Shown here: in pieces, positions 1 through 10,099 of the stretch | Layout: every line of letters starts with the position of its first letter | Position numbering within the stretch: the stretch's first letter is position 1 | Virus record (IMG/VR): IMGVR_UViG_3300042907_000878 | Span: 27,283-91,282 of that record | Direction: 5' to 3' (one strand) | Length of the DNA: 64,000 bases | DNA from: a virus | Notes under the pieces: model-generated | What the model was told of the DNA's origin: nothing | Databases searched by the model: none | The model's input: only the letters and a program-made list of their open reading frames with translations | Translations under genes and position numbers: made by a program

Positions 1-3000
1 TTGTCTAGCGGAGAGCTTCCATTATATTTAAAACAAACCCCAAATAGGAGCGGCATTTTAAAAGCCGAGACTAACTGGGACTTGTCTCTTAATTCAAATT
101 CTCATATTAATCATTTTTCTAATGGCGATATTGAATATGAACAACGAGACTTTTCATCAAATAAATATGACTCATATTATGGAAATAATCGTGGGCAAGA
201 AGCAATTAAATATACACTATCTCATGACTGGTCGATAACAGATATTGCCGCCGAAAAGGATGTTATGGCAGTGTCTACAAAAGGCTGGACCAGCTTTGAA
301 AAGTACACTACTGATATATCTGACAATGATATTTTTTCAACATATATTAGTCCAGTATTTTACTATCCTTTGCCACAACCAATTACACAAACTATTACCG
401 TATATACATTTACAATAGTATGGGATTCAAAAACTGGATGTCGCATCAATACTCCCGGAAATATAGTTGTTAACTATATATATAATGGTGAATATTTAAC
501 TGAAACACAATATGTTATAGATGATGACGCTGATACTATTGGGCCACTCCAAGCTACCTCATGGCCTCCAATCATTAGTTGGACAGGAGATCCGAGTGAT
601 GAACCATGCATAGAGCCACCCGTCTATACAACTTCAACAGTCACAACAACTACATATCCAGATTTGCCCAGCGATGCAATTGTACTTGAAAATAGTTATA
701 TTAGAACATCGGAGTTATCTCCTAAAATATCAAGATATATTATACCAGAAGTTTCAAACATATTTAAAGATCAAAATTTTAATTGGATGAATATAAATTC
801 ACCAAACTTTGAAGTTCCTGATTATAGTGATATTTATATTAGAGTAGTTTATGACTCCGCTGCAATAAATCCAATTCAAACAAAATATTTACAACCAGTG
901 GTTACAGTTGGAAATGAAGAAAAAATCTATAAATTTGGTGGATTTTTAAATATTGATAATTTTTATAATGGTTTATATGATAATGCTATATTAACATCAA
1001 AGCCAACACTTGACGATGACTATGATGAGCTTTGGTATATTGTTACTAAAGACGATGGGACTTATTGTTTTGTTGGATTGTCAAGTTATACAACATGGGA
1101 ATACTCTCTTGATTTTAATTTTCCATTCGACCAAACTAATTTAATAACGGCAGATCATTTAATTGTAGGCTGGAAAAAGCCGAGCTTTCGTAGTTTTGAA
1201 ATTATAAAAGTTGCAGGATTTCCAAACTGTGGCAAAGTTGATATTTATTTTCCAAAAGTGGGTGTTATTAACACATTTGCAAGTGGTACAAATGAGGTGA
1301 CATCCTCTAATCACGGGCTTTCAACAGGCGACCGTATCAAGATCACAGAAGCTCTTGGTAGTGGAAATACAATGAACGGAGTTAGATATGTATCCACTAT
1401 AGATCCAAATAAATTTGCATTGTATTATGATAGTTCTTTATCTTATGGAGCTGCTATATATAATACCACAACAGCTTCGGGCGTTAGGTGGTCTGCAATT
1501 GATGGTAATACTTGGGGTTATAATTTAACTCTGTATTCTCCAATGGGTAAAAATGGCTATTCCACAACGTCCCAATTAAGAACTTCTATCGAGCAACCAC
1601 AGGGCGAAACCCCATATGAAAGAGCTGTTGAGAGCAGCGACACAAACAAGCCCCAAGCAAATTTAACTGGTCAAAGATCTTGGAATAATTATTATCCATA
1701 CGAAAGATTTGATTCGGGCGATAATATTATATTTGGCGTCGTCAATGGTAATAAATTTGGTGCTGACATATCGCTTAAAAAATATGGCGATAATTATATT
1801 CTTATGGTTGCCGAAGAAGGCGCTAGTGAATCTTTTCAGTTAGTAAGCTCATACGCAACAAAAATAACTGAAACAGTGCCACAAAATAAAAAAGTAATAC
1901 CTTCGTTTTTTCCATATGGGCGAATCCATTTTTATACAATTAATCCATCTGCAAGATCTATAGATTATTTAACAACATATTCTCCATCAGACAACCCTTG
2001 GGCTGCTTACGAAACAATTAATCGTCAAGAAAAATTATTGAATCAATTGAGTTTATATGAAAATAAAAAATTACAGATTTCAGATATAAATTTATACAAC
2101 ACAACAACAAATAATTTTTGGAATGGGGCTAGATTTCTTCAGTGGAGTAAAAATTATATTTATAATTCAGATCTAGATTTTAATCTTCCTGATCAAAATG
2201 GTAATCAGTACGATTACGGTTTTGTAGATAGACTTAAAACTGCGGATTTTGAAATTTCTAACGACACTATATATTGTTCAGCAATATCTAATGTAAAAAA
2301 TGCAGACTTTAATAATTATTTAAGACTTAAAAATATAGATAGATATATTAAATTAATATATTTTGATATCGCCACTCCATTTGTCAAATCTACAGATCTT
2401 ATAAATTTAAATAATTCATCATATGCAACAGTGGATGTTAGCATTCAGAAGGAAGAGATGGATTTATTTGGAAATAAACTTTACGCATTTGATAATAGAG
2501 TCGTAACTGGATGGGCATCTGACTATAGACAATCTGAATATATTTATAACTATATAAGAAATGGCAATATATTAACATTGTCTGATACAATATCAAGCGA
2601 TGGAAATAGAGGGTTTGGTAATTATTTAGTTACACAAGGTACAATTTTAATAACTAATAAATATAATATTTATGATGAAAATGAAAATGTTACAACAAAT
2701 CCACTGCAATCGCTAGAAGTTTATAGATATGATAGAATTGCTAATAGATATTATTATGTTAGCTCTTTAAGTCCAACAATTAATTTAAATAATTCTATAT
2801 ATTCTGATATAAATAGTGACACTTATGAGTTAACAACAAATCTCGCCTACGATGGAACTTCGGATAACTCTGCCACATATATTATTAATTTAGATGGCAA
2901 GTACGATCTTAAGAATGACTGTTTAGTGATGAGAGACTGGAACGAGTGCGTTGGTTTTCAGTTTGATTATTCTTCAAACACTTTTAAAAATAAATTTCAT

Positions 3001-4044
3001 AATTTTTCAACAAAGTCTTCTCAAAATTCAATCATTAGATTGGCAGAAGGAAAACAAAGTTCATTATTTGACACTTCCATAGAATATGACACTGGCGATT
3101 ATCACCAGTCTCTTCAGATTTTTGACGCTGTTCAAATTGATGAAAACTCATTAAATAATTATGTTATAATAATGGATACTCATTATCCAAACTATGTGCC
3201 TTTATTTATGAAGACAATTGAAGGCTATTCATCAGGCAACCCAATTTTATATACAGCTGGTCATGCGCCATATGCAACGGGCGCGCCTTTGTATATGCAG
3301 CCCCCCATGCCTTTAGCTACTGGAATGTCTCTTTTTGCAAAACAGATTGATATTGCAGATACGGGCTTGTCATTGTTTCATAAATCAACAAGTATATTGG
3401 AAACTGGTGTTGATTTATTTATTAGAAATGGATTCGCTACTGGTGGGTTCCCATTAGTGTTCAGTTCTGTTGAAAAGATGAATTTTCCATTATATATTTC
3501 TAACATAGTTCCAACTGTACTAATTGACAATGATATAAATTTATTTATCTATTCTGCATATAATGTAGCTCAATCACCAACTCCTTCATCCTATAATGAT
3601 TATCCTGATTTGATAAATAATCCAGTAGTTCCAAATAACTACTTTGTTATGCCATTATTTATCTCAACTATACAGTATGACGATAATGCAAATGGTTTAA
3701 ATTTATATTTAGATGCTCCCGGATTTTCTTCGACTGGATCAATTAGTTTATACCAAAACGCAGGTAGCGCAAATGGTTTATCTGGACAAACATTTAAGAG
3801 TCCTTCTTTATATACTTATGGATCAGGATATAAAGGCAACGAATTAAATGCAGGAGCAAATTTATTTATTAAATGTCCAATAACAACACAAGTTCCTCTA
3901 TTTGTGTATAATACTACATCAACAGGAAACATTCCACTGTATGTAAGTGGGGCAAACGTAGTAACAACTGGTGTAAGTTTATACTGTTCTGGTGTTCATT
4001 ATCCAAACAGCACGGTAACACTTATGATTGATGGGGACTTATAA
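1..4044 (+). CDS. Large virion/tail-associated protein (5' truncated by window)
   Basis: Open from base 1. FCCH-like motif (VTSSNHGLSTGDRIKI), FG-GAP-like FG motifs, and C-terminal ~13-aa repeats (xPLF/xSLY); first gene of a tightly coupled + strand module. Confidence 0.65.
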   Translation: MSSGELPLYLKQTPNRSGILKAETNWDLSLNSNSHINHFSNGDIEYEQRDFSSNKYDSYYGNNRGQEAIKYTLSHDWSITDIAAEKDVMAVSTKGWTSFEKYTTDISDNDIFSTYISPVFYYPLPQPITQTITVYTFTIVWDSKTGCRINTPGNIVVNYIYNGEYLTETQYVIDDDADTIGPLQATSWPPIISWTGDPSDEPCIEPPVYTTSTVTTTTYPDLPSDAIVLENSYIRTSELSPKISRYIIPEVSNIFKDQNFNWMNINSPNFEVPDYSDIYIRVVYDSAAINPIQTKYLQPVVTVGNEEKIYKFGGFLNIDNFYNGLYDNAILTSKPTLDDDYDELWYIVTKDDGTYCFVGLSSYTTWEYSLDFNFPFDQTNLITADHLIVGWKKPSFRSFEIIKVAGFPNCGKVDIYFPKVGVINTFASGTNEVTSSNHGLSTGDRIKITEALGSGNTMNGVRYVSTIDPNKFALYYDSSLSYGAAIYNTTTASGVRWSAIDGNTWGYNLTLYSPMGKNGYSTTSQLRTSIEQPQGETPYERAVESSDTNKPQANLTGQRSWNNYYPYERFDSGDNIIFGVVNGNKFGADISLKKYGDNYILMVAEEGASESFQLVSSYATKITETVPQNKKVIPSFFPYGRIHFYTINPSARSIDYLTTYSPSDNPWAAYETINRQEKLLNQLSLYENKKLQISDINLYNTTTNNFWNGARFLQWSKNYIYNSDLDFNLPDQNGNQYDYGFVDRLKTADFEISNDTIYCSAISNVKNADFNNYLRLKNIDRYIKLIYFDIATPFVKSTDLINLNNSSYATVDVSIQKEEMDLFGNKLYAFDNRVVTGWASDYRQSEYIYNYIRNGNILTLSDTISSDGNRGFGNYLVTQGTILITNKYNIYDENENVTTNPLQSLEVYRYDRIANRYYYVSSLSPTINLNNSIYSDINSDTYELTTNLAYDGTSDNSATYIINLDGKYDLKNDCLVMRDWNECVGFQFDYSSNTFKNKFHNFSTKSSQNSIIRLAEGKQSSLFDTSIEYDTGDYHQSLQIFDAVQIDENSLNNYVIIMDTHYPNYVPLFMKTIEGYSSGNPILYTAGHAPYATGAPLYMQPPMPLATGMSLFAKQIDIADTGLSLFHKSTSILETGVDLFIRNGFATGGFPLVFSSVEKMNFPLYISNIVPTVLIDNDINLFIYSAYNVAQSPTPSSYNDYPDLINNPVVPNNYFVMPLFISTIQYDDNANGLNLYLDAPGFSSTGSISLYQNAGSANGLSGQTFKSPSLYTYGSGYKGNELNAGANLFIKCPITTQVPLFVYNTTSTGNIPLYVSGANVVTTGVSLYCSGVHYPNSTVTLMIDGDL

Positions 4045-5606
4045 TGGCAACAGTAACTTTGACTTGGACTGGCACTTCTATTTCTTTTGACTATGGGTTT
4101 TCAACATCTGTGCAAAAAGAATTTGGAAGAGCGGACGATGGCTCTATTTTAAATGAGAAACACACAATTAGTATCAGAGGGCAGATTGTTTCTAGTGGAG
4201 CAGAAGCAGATGCTAGATATTCTAATCTAGTTACTCAGATGTTTTCGCGAGCTAAAAAACTTGCGACTGGAGCTGGTAGAGTTGTAACTCTGCAAGCTGG
4301 ACTATTAGTAATTACTGGGGATTCTGGAGAGATCGTAAGATATGATTCTGCATCGTTATTGAGTGTCAATGTTAGCGAAGCTCCAGAAGATACTGCTGGA
4401 TTGCACTATCAAGAAGTGTCAATGACTTTTGAATCATACAATACTCCTTCAGATCCCGTAAGTGCATATAAACTAAGATCAGTTAGTGAAAATATAGAAT
4501 ATAAAAAAGAAGAAAATCAATTTTCTTATAAAGGTAACGAAATTGACACAGAAGATGAACCATATCACGCATTTACAGTAACTCATACTATATCCGCACA
4601 AGGATTTTTTAACAACGGATCTTCAAAAAAAGAGGCATTTGAAGAGGCTTATACATATGTCACTTCTCGCAAAAAAAATAGTCTTGGAACTATAAATACA
4701 GATGCATTTGCTAAGAATTATCTTGGCAGTTCAAAACTTGAAATGAAAGAGTATAAGATTGCAGGACAAGCTTCTGACGTTGTAACCTCTGCTGATATTT
4801 CAAATTATAGTGAATATAATAAAGTACGTACATCGTCTACCGATGTTACATCTGGATCATACTCTTTAACTACTACATTTTTATTAGCCAGAGAATCTGC
4901 AAATATAGATATCACAGGAAATTATACCAGAGACGAGTCGGGCGATGCTTCAATTACTGTAGAAGGGACTATTCAGGGTTTATCTACAAAGAGTGCAGAC
5001 GCTGCTCAGCATGATAAAATAATTGAAGCTAAAAAAGCTTATGATGCAATTGCAGGAAATTTAAGAAGTGGATCTAAAATATATAAGTACGCAAATACTA
5101 AAATATACGATAAATTCCAAATAGATAAAGCTGGAGTTACTTTAAGAGATGTGCCATTAAATTATTCTTTTGGCGAGAATAAGAGCAATGGAACAATTAC
5201 ATTTAACGTAACTTATAAAGTTTGTCCGGGTGAATTAAAGTCTCTATTGGACAGTATAACGGGCGCTCTTGTTGCTCAAGCGACTATTGTAGATAACAAC
5301 AGAAGTGGAGGGGGAAATGACTATAATCAAATTGTAATCATTCCAATTATCGGAAGAGCTGATGGTCCAGTTATTCAAGATATGAATACAACAAAGGAAA
5401 GATCAAGAAATGTCACAGTCGATGTTACATTAGAACCCCAATATAGAACTTCAACCAATAGCTTAGTAAGAACTCAAACCTTAGCAAAAGTAAATAGTTA
5501 TAAACCAACATCATATTCGGAACTTTATATTCAAAACTTTAATGAATCTTGGGATTGGATAGCAGGAAAATACAATGTGTCAATAGATTGGATTTATACA
5601 ACATGA
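4044..5606 (+). CDS. Putative tail/baseplate structural protein
   Basis: 520 aa, beta-rich, with recurring HTIS(I/A)xG and ITVEGTIQG segments; coupled to both neighbours. Confidence 0.55.
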   Translation: MATVTLTWTGTSISFDYGFSTSVQKEFGRADDGSILNEKHTISIRGQIVSSGAEADARYSNLVTQMFSRAKKLATGAGRVVTLQAGLLVITGDSGEIVRYDSASLLSVNVSEAPEDTAGLHYQEVSMTFESYNTPSDPVSAYKLRSVSENIEYKKEENQFSYKGNEIDTEDEPYHAFTVTHTISAQGFFNNGSSKKEAFEEAYTYVTSRKKNSLGTINTDAFAKNYLGSSKLEMKEYKIAGQASDVVTSADISNYSEYNKVRTSSTDVTSGSYSLTTTFLLARESANIDITGNYTRDESGDASITVEGTIQGLSTKSADAAQHDKIIEAKKAYDAIAGNLRSGSKIYKYANTKIYDKFQIDKAGVTLRDVPLNYSFGENKSNGTITFNVTYKVCPGELKSLLDSITGALVAQATIVDNNRSGGGNDYNQIVIIPIIGRADGPVIQDMNTTKERSRNVTVDVTLEPQYRTSTNSLVRTQTLAKVNSYKPTSYSELYIQNFNESWDWIAGKYNVSIDWIYTT

Positions 5607-8353
5607 AAATAACTAAACCTGTAGAATTTTTGGGCGCTTATGTAGTTAGTGCAGATCTTAGTATGGGTTGGGGTGGCGAATCAGGATATTGTAATTTAGA
5701 ACTAGTAGAAGAACCCAAAGATGGTAAACTTTTTAAACCACCGTCACTAGGAACTGGATGTATATTTAATTTTGATAAATTAAGCTTTGGTGGAATTTTA
5801 AAAAGGTGGACGTATAGTGAAGATACCGGAAATGGAAGAAGATATTCGGTAGTGCTGGAGTCTCCGGCTTCAATTTTAGCAGGAACGCAAATCGTATTAA
5901 ATCGTTTTCAAGGAACCATATACACAGACGATAGTAATATTGACGCATTGCAAAATAAAGATGTAATGACATACGGAGGAAAATATCCTACAAATATTAT
6001 TAATATCTTTGCATCTAAAGAAAATTATGAATATGGCGGTATTTTTGGCGCTGCCAATTTAAATGAACTTGGGTATCCAGCAGCTAATATTATTGGGGAT
6101 ATTAATAAAGCAATCTCAGATGGTGTATTTGGTGGCAAGATATTTTTTGCAGATACTGAATATGAGTTAGATTTATCAGAGTTATCAGAAGTTATATCAT
6201 CTATTGCGGATTATAGAATTGGTGGTGACTTTGTAGATTTATCTACGCTGATTAGTGATATATGTGATACAGCGGTCTATGACTATACATTAACACTAAC
6301 AGGAACTACGAACACTTTGGGCGTAATCACCAAGGACGCTAAAATAAAAATAAAAGTGCTGTCAAGAAGAAGCGCCCCAAATCCAAATGTGATAAGCGAA
6401 ACGATCCAAAATTTAAAAAATAAGCCGGATAAACAAAAAAATCTGATTAGTTACAATACTGGAAAAGAGTTTGCAGATAACATAACTCAAAAGGTTTTAA
6501 TTGGTAGTCAAGCTAGTAGATATTGGCTTGCTGGTAGACCTTATATGCTTCCTATCTGGGGCCAATTGGGGCAAGGTCAATCTGCCGTTTATTTCTACGG
6601 CAATAGCGTTTACGAATACGGAAATATGTTTGCCCCCATTAGAGTAACTATCGACGGGGCAAATCAATACGGCGAAGGAAGCTTTAGCTATGTTGATACA
6701 AATCTATTAGAGTTAAGATGTGCAATGTCTGAAACAAAAGATACTTGGACAGCATATCATATTTTAATGGCTTTGAAAGAAGGCAGAGAAGGCTTAACAT
6801 TTGGTAATTTTTCTATAACAAAAGATGATTTTAAAAACTTGCTTCAGGGCAAGCTAGCCCCCGCTGATGTTATGGATACCGGACTTGACAATGCAGAAAT
6901 GGCCGCAGCTTACTTGTATGGTCCTGCGGTAGCAGCAAAAACTGCCGCCCAAAGACTTATGGATACAAGATATAATTCATTAAAAGCAGCCGCGAACACT
7001 TTTTATGGTAGGTCTTTCTTAGTTGCTATTCCTGCTGAAGTTGGTGGAGCAAGCAATAATTTTAGATGGATTGAACTAGATAAAAAAATTGAAAACTCTT
7101 GGGATATAGCTGGAAATTCTTGGGCTGGCGACAATGCTTCGGCTTATTTTCCAGATACTAAATTTTATGATGACAATGGAAAACTAGGAGCTGTTGCCGT
7201 TTTTCCAAACTATACTAATATAGATTTTTCAGATTTTAAGAGCGACTATGGCAGATCTGTACTTGGTACAAATAATGGTGTAGTTGTTAATGTTACTGTT
7301 GATACATCTTGGGGGATAAGGTGGATTGACACTGCGACTTCGGATGTAGATAGTTCAGGCAATGCTAAAACTGATTCTGCGGGTAAGCGAATAAGCACTT
7401 CTCGTACAGTTGGATATGTTAAAGTTGATATACCATCCTGTGATATTTACGATGAATATACAACACAGGTTAATGGCTTTAATATGTTGTGCAAATTAAT
7501 TATGGGTACAGATCTACTTCCGGGATATCATAATATGTTCGGCTTTGAAAATTTTGATTTCCCCCTTCCCCCGTCTAGGGTTGCTCCAGAATATATTGGC
7601 GTCCCACAACAAAGCAACCGATATGTTTGGGGTCCGTGGTTTTCATTCAATAGTGATTCTGGACAGAAAGGTAAACTATCTATAGATCAAGACACTAGTC
7701 TAAATCCTGAAACTTTTGGGACTATTGCAAAAATGAATGAATATGCCAATAGTACTGTTAATATAGATATGAATATGCTTCTTGAAGCTGAAACTGGATC
7801 GGTCGAACTTGCTGAATCCCCGGCCTTTAGCTTAGCTGATAGATTCTTTGGCAGCGGACCTTATGTTACAAACATGTCAATTAGAATTGATGCAACTGCT
7901 GGATATAGAACTACTTATTCATTTGCTAATTGGACTAAATCTTTTGGTAAACTATCAAGATATAATATAGATTCATTTAAAAAATCTAGGCAAAACGCTT
8001 TTAAATTTCAGAAGAATATCAGAGACTTATTTCGCTATCCACCGGGAAGACCTATAAATACTAAATTATTAAAATTATTTGAGCCTAAGTTGCCCCGTAT
8101 GCCAATGCAATCTACAAATATGATAGTAGGAAATTTTTCAAATGCAATAGGATATGCTATTAATAATCCTAATAACTTATCGCCGGGAATTAATATGCAA
8201 GCGGCCCCAACAAATGCTGCTACAAGAGGAATGGGGCTTAATTACATGGAAAGCTTTGGCGCGGGATATGAACAAATATTTACACCAATTTTTGCCTACG
8301 ATCAAAGAGATCCTGCAAGGGTAAAGAGAAACTTTAATTTAGGAAATTATTAA
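5603..8353 (+). CDS. Putative tail/baseplate hub-like protein
   Basis: Start reassigned to ATG 5603 (ATGA overlap with upstream stop); ~916 aa; structural context. Confidence 0.55.
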   Translation: MKITKPVEFLGAYVVSADLSMGWGGESGYCNLELVEEPKDGKLFKPPSLGTGCIFNFDKLSFGGILKRWTYSEDTGNGRRYSVVLESPASILAGTQIVLNRFQGTIYTDDSNIDALQNKDVMTYGGKYPTNIINIFASKENYEYGGIFGAANLNELGYPAANIIGDINKAISDGVFGGKIFFADTEYELDLSELSEVISSIADYRIGGDFVDLSTLISDICDTAVYDYTLTLTGTTNTLGVITKDAKIKIKVLSRRSAPNPNVISETIQNLKNKPDKQKNLISYNTGKEFADNITQKVLIGSQASRYWLAGRPYMLPIWGQLGQGQSAVYFYGNSVYEYGNMFAPIRVTIDGANQYGEGSFSYVDTNLLELRCAMSETKDTWTAYHILMALKEGREGLTFGNFSITKDDFKNLLQGKLAPADVMDTGLDNAEMAAAYLYGPAVAAKTAAQRLMDTRYNSLKAAANTFYGRSFLVAIPAEVGGASNNFRWIELDKKIENSWDIAGNSWAGDNASAYFPDTKFYDDNGKLGAVAVFPNYTNIDFSDFKSDYGRSVLGTNNGVVVNVTVDTSWGIRWIDTATSDVDSSGNAKTDSAGKRISTSRTVGYVKVDIPSCDIYDEYTTQVNGFNMLCKLIMGTDLLPGYHNMFGFENFDFPLPPSRVAPEYIGVPQQSNRYVWGPWFSFNSDSGQKGKLSIDQDTSLNPETFGTIAKMNEYANSTVNIDMNMLLEAETGSVELAESPAFSLADRFFGSGPYVTNMSIRIDATAGYRTTYSFANWTKSFGKLSRYNIDSFKKSRQNAFKFQKNIRDLFRYPPGRPINTKLLKLFEPKLPRMPMQSTNMIVGNFSNAIGYAINNPNNLSPGINMQAAPTNAATRGMGLNYMESFGAGYEQIFTPIFAYDQRDPARVKRNFNLGNY

Positions 8354-10098
8354 TGAGCGTTGTAGTATCAAAATTAACATTTTGCGGTGGATATATAGGC
8401 TCATTTACAGCTAGCACATCTCCAGATGGTGGACAATTGATAGTTAGAGTATTTGACTCTAAGGCCGATGGAATTACTACAAGTCCACCAGCCACTGGCA
8501 GCTTAAAGATGTTTAACTATGGCAACTTTGGATTTAGTTTTTTAGGAGCGGTTCAAACTGTAGTAACGAATCCTGAGACAGCAACCGAACCAAAATCATA
8601 TACTTTAAACTTAACTTGTAATCAAAATATAAGTAATTTATCGGATACTATTGTTGGATTATATCCATATAATATTAATGTAGCATATATAGCTAAACTC
8701 CCTCAAGATGTTGTTGCTGTAGAAGCTTATGGCTATAGTGAAAATTCGCCAAACTCAAACTATGGTAGTTTTTTTGACTGGAATATATCTACAGGATCAG
8801 ATGATTTTTCATTAAATGCTGTTTTGTACAAGTCATATATTAAACATCCTTACAATGCTCCAAATGGAAGTCCTCTATATAAAATTGATGGATCAATCAC
8901 ACCTAGCGCTGCTACGCAAAATATTGTTATATATTCCTCTTCTGAAAATCCACCAGCAGTGACAGATCCTAATGCCGACACTTCTCCTCCTATTACTATT
9001 ATTACGCCACCAGCACAAGGTACGCCACCAGCACAAGGGTCTACGGGTGCTGTTGGCAGTTCAACTACAACACAGACAAATGACTACGGCGCTGGATCTG
9101 TTATAATTAAATATCCAAATAACGGCACAGTTCCAGTTGGAACAACAGTGACTACATCGTCATCGGATGGACTCACTTCCACTAAGACAATCTATGCCGA
9201 TTCTTCTGAAGTAACTGAAACTACATTAACGACATTTTCTCCTACTAGAAATGTTGCTTCACAAAATATTGCACAAAAACAACAAGCGTTTAATCAACCC
9301 GCATCCTTTCAGGGGTCAATCGATCCAACAAAATTATTTCCCAGCACTGAAATTTACCCTTCTAGTACATATTCAGGAAAAGATTCTGGTGTTTTTTTTG
9401 GAAAAAGCGCTAGCCCAACCTCCTTTGATTTAGATCCATACTTTTATTTTTCTAAAAATGACTATGGTTTAGTCGCGAAAGATGGAAAAAGTAATTCTAA
9501 AAATATTAATACAAAAAAGGAACCAGTCAAAGACCATGTTAGAACAATGGGCCTTAAGGGACCAATGTATTATTCTGGATGGGGCTATGATACCAGAGGA
9601 CTGCCTGTTCCGAATGCAGCAAATCAAATTATTCAAACTGGAGTTGGAACTAATAAACAACCATTGTATGGAACCGATGTAAATGGATCTTATAAATTTC
9701 ATGAAAAAACCCCCATAGAAAGAAAACTTTGGAAAACTGGTCCAGTGGATTTAAGATGGCATGATAAAAGAAAAACTTGGGTGGGTGGACATGAAATGCT
9801 TGAGGGGTATTTAATGTCTGACTTAGCAGCGCCAAAAAAACAGGGAGTAACAACTGCAAAAATGGCAGTATTAAGGATAGCCTCTCCATCGGGTCTTACG
9901 GGGCAAAATTTATTAGCAAGTCCTGCTGTAGACTTAAAAGATGAGACAGGAAAAGTGACTGGAGTTCGCCCTGCTGTTTACACTAATGAATTTATAAGTG
10001 TATCAAATCGTGACCCTTCACTATCTGCGTCTTCGGGCGCATATTGCATGGTTGCAGACATTAATTATGAATGGAGGCCGATTTATATCGGATGTTAA
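8353..10098 (+). CDS. Putative tail protein with T/P-rich linker
   Basis: 581 aa; N-terminus resembles that of the upstream protein; T/S/P-rich middle; C-terminal GWGYD and GPVDLRW block. Confidence 0.5.
   Translation: MSVVVSKLTFCGGYIGSFTASTSPDGGQLIVRVFDSKADGITTSPPATGSLKMFNYGNFGFSFLGAVQTVVTNPETATEPKSYTLNLTCNQNISNLSDTIVGLYPYNINVAYIAKLPQDVVAVEAYGYSENSPNSNYGSFFDWNISTGSDDFSLNAVLYKSYIKHPYNAPNGSPLYKIDGSITPSAATQNIVIYSSSENPPAVTDPNADTSPPITIITPPAQGTPPAQGSTGAVGSSTTTQTNDYGAGSVIIKYPNNGTVPVGTTVTTSSSDGLTSTKTIYADSSEVTETTLTTFSPTRNVASQNIAQKQQAFNQPASFQGSIDPTKLFPSTEIYPSSTYSGKDSGVFFGKSASPTSFDLDPYFYFSKNDYGLVAKDGKSNSKNINTKKEPVKDHVRTMGLKGPMYYSGWGYDTRGLPVPNAANQIIQTGVGTNKQPLYGTDVNGSYKFHEKTPIERKLWKTGPVDLRWHDKRKTWVGGHEMLEGYLMSDLAAPKKQGVTTAKMAVLRIASPSGLTGQNLLASPAVDLKDETGKVTGVRPAVYTNEFISVSNRDPSLSASSGAYCMVADINYEWRPIYIGC
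9003..9038 (+). repeat. Perfect 18-bp tandem duplication (TPPAQG x2)
   Basis: tacgccaccagcacaagg occurs twice in tandem. Confidence 0.95.
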
Positions 10099-10099
10099 T

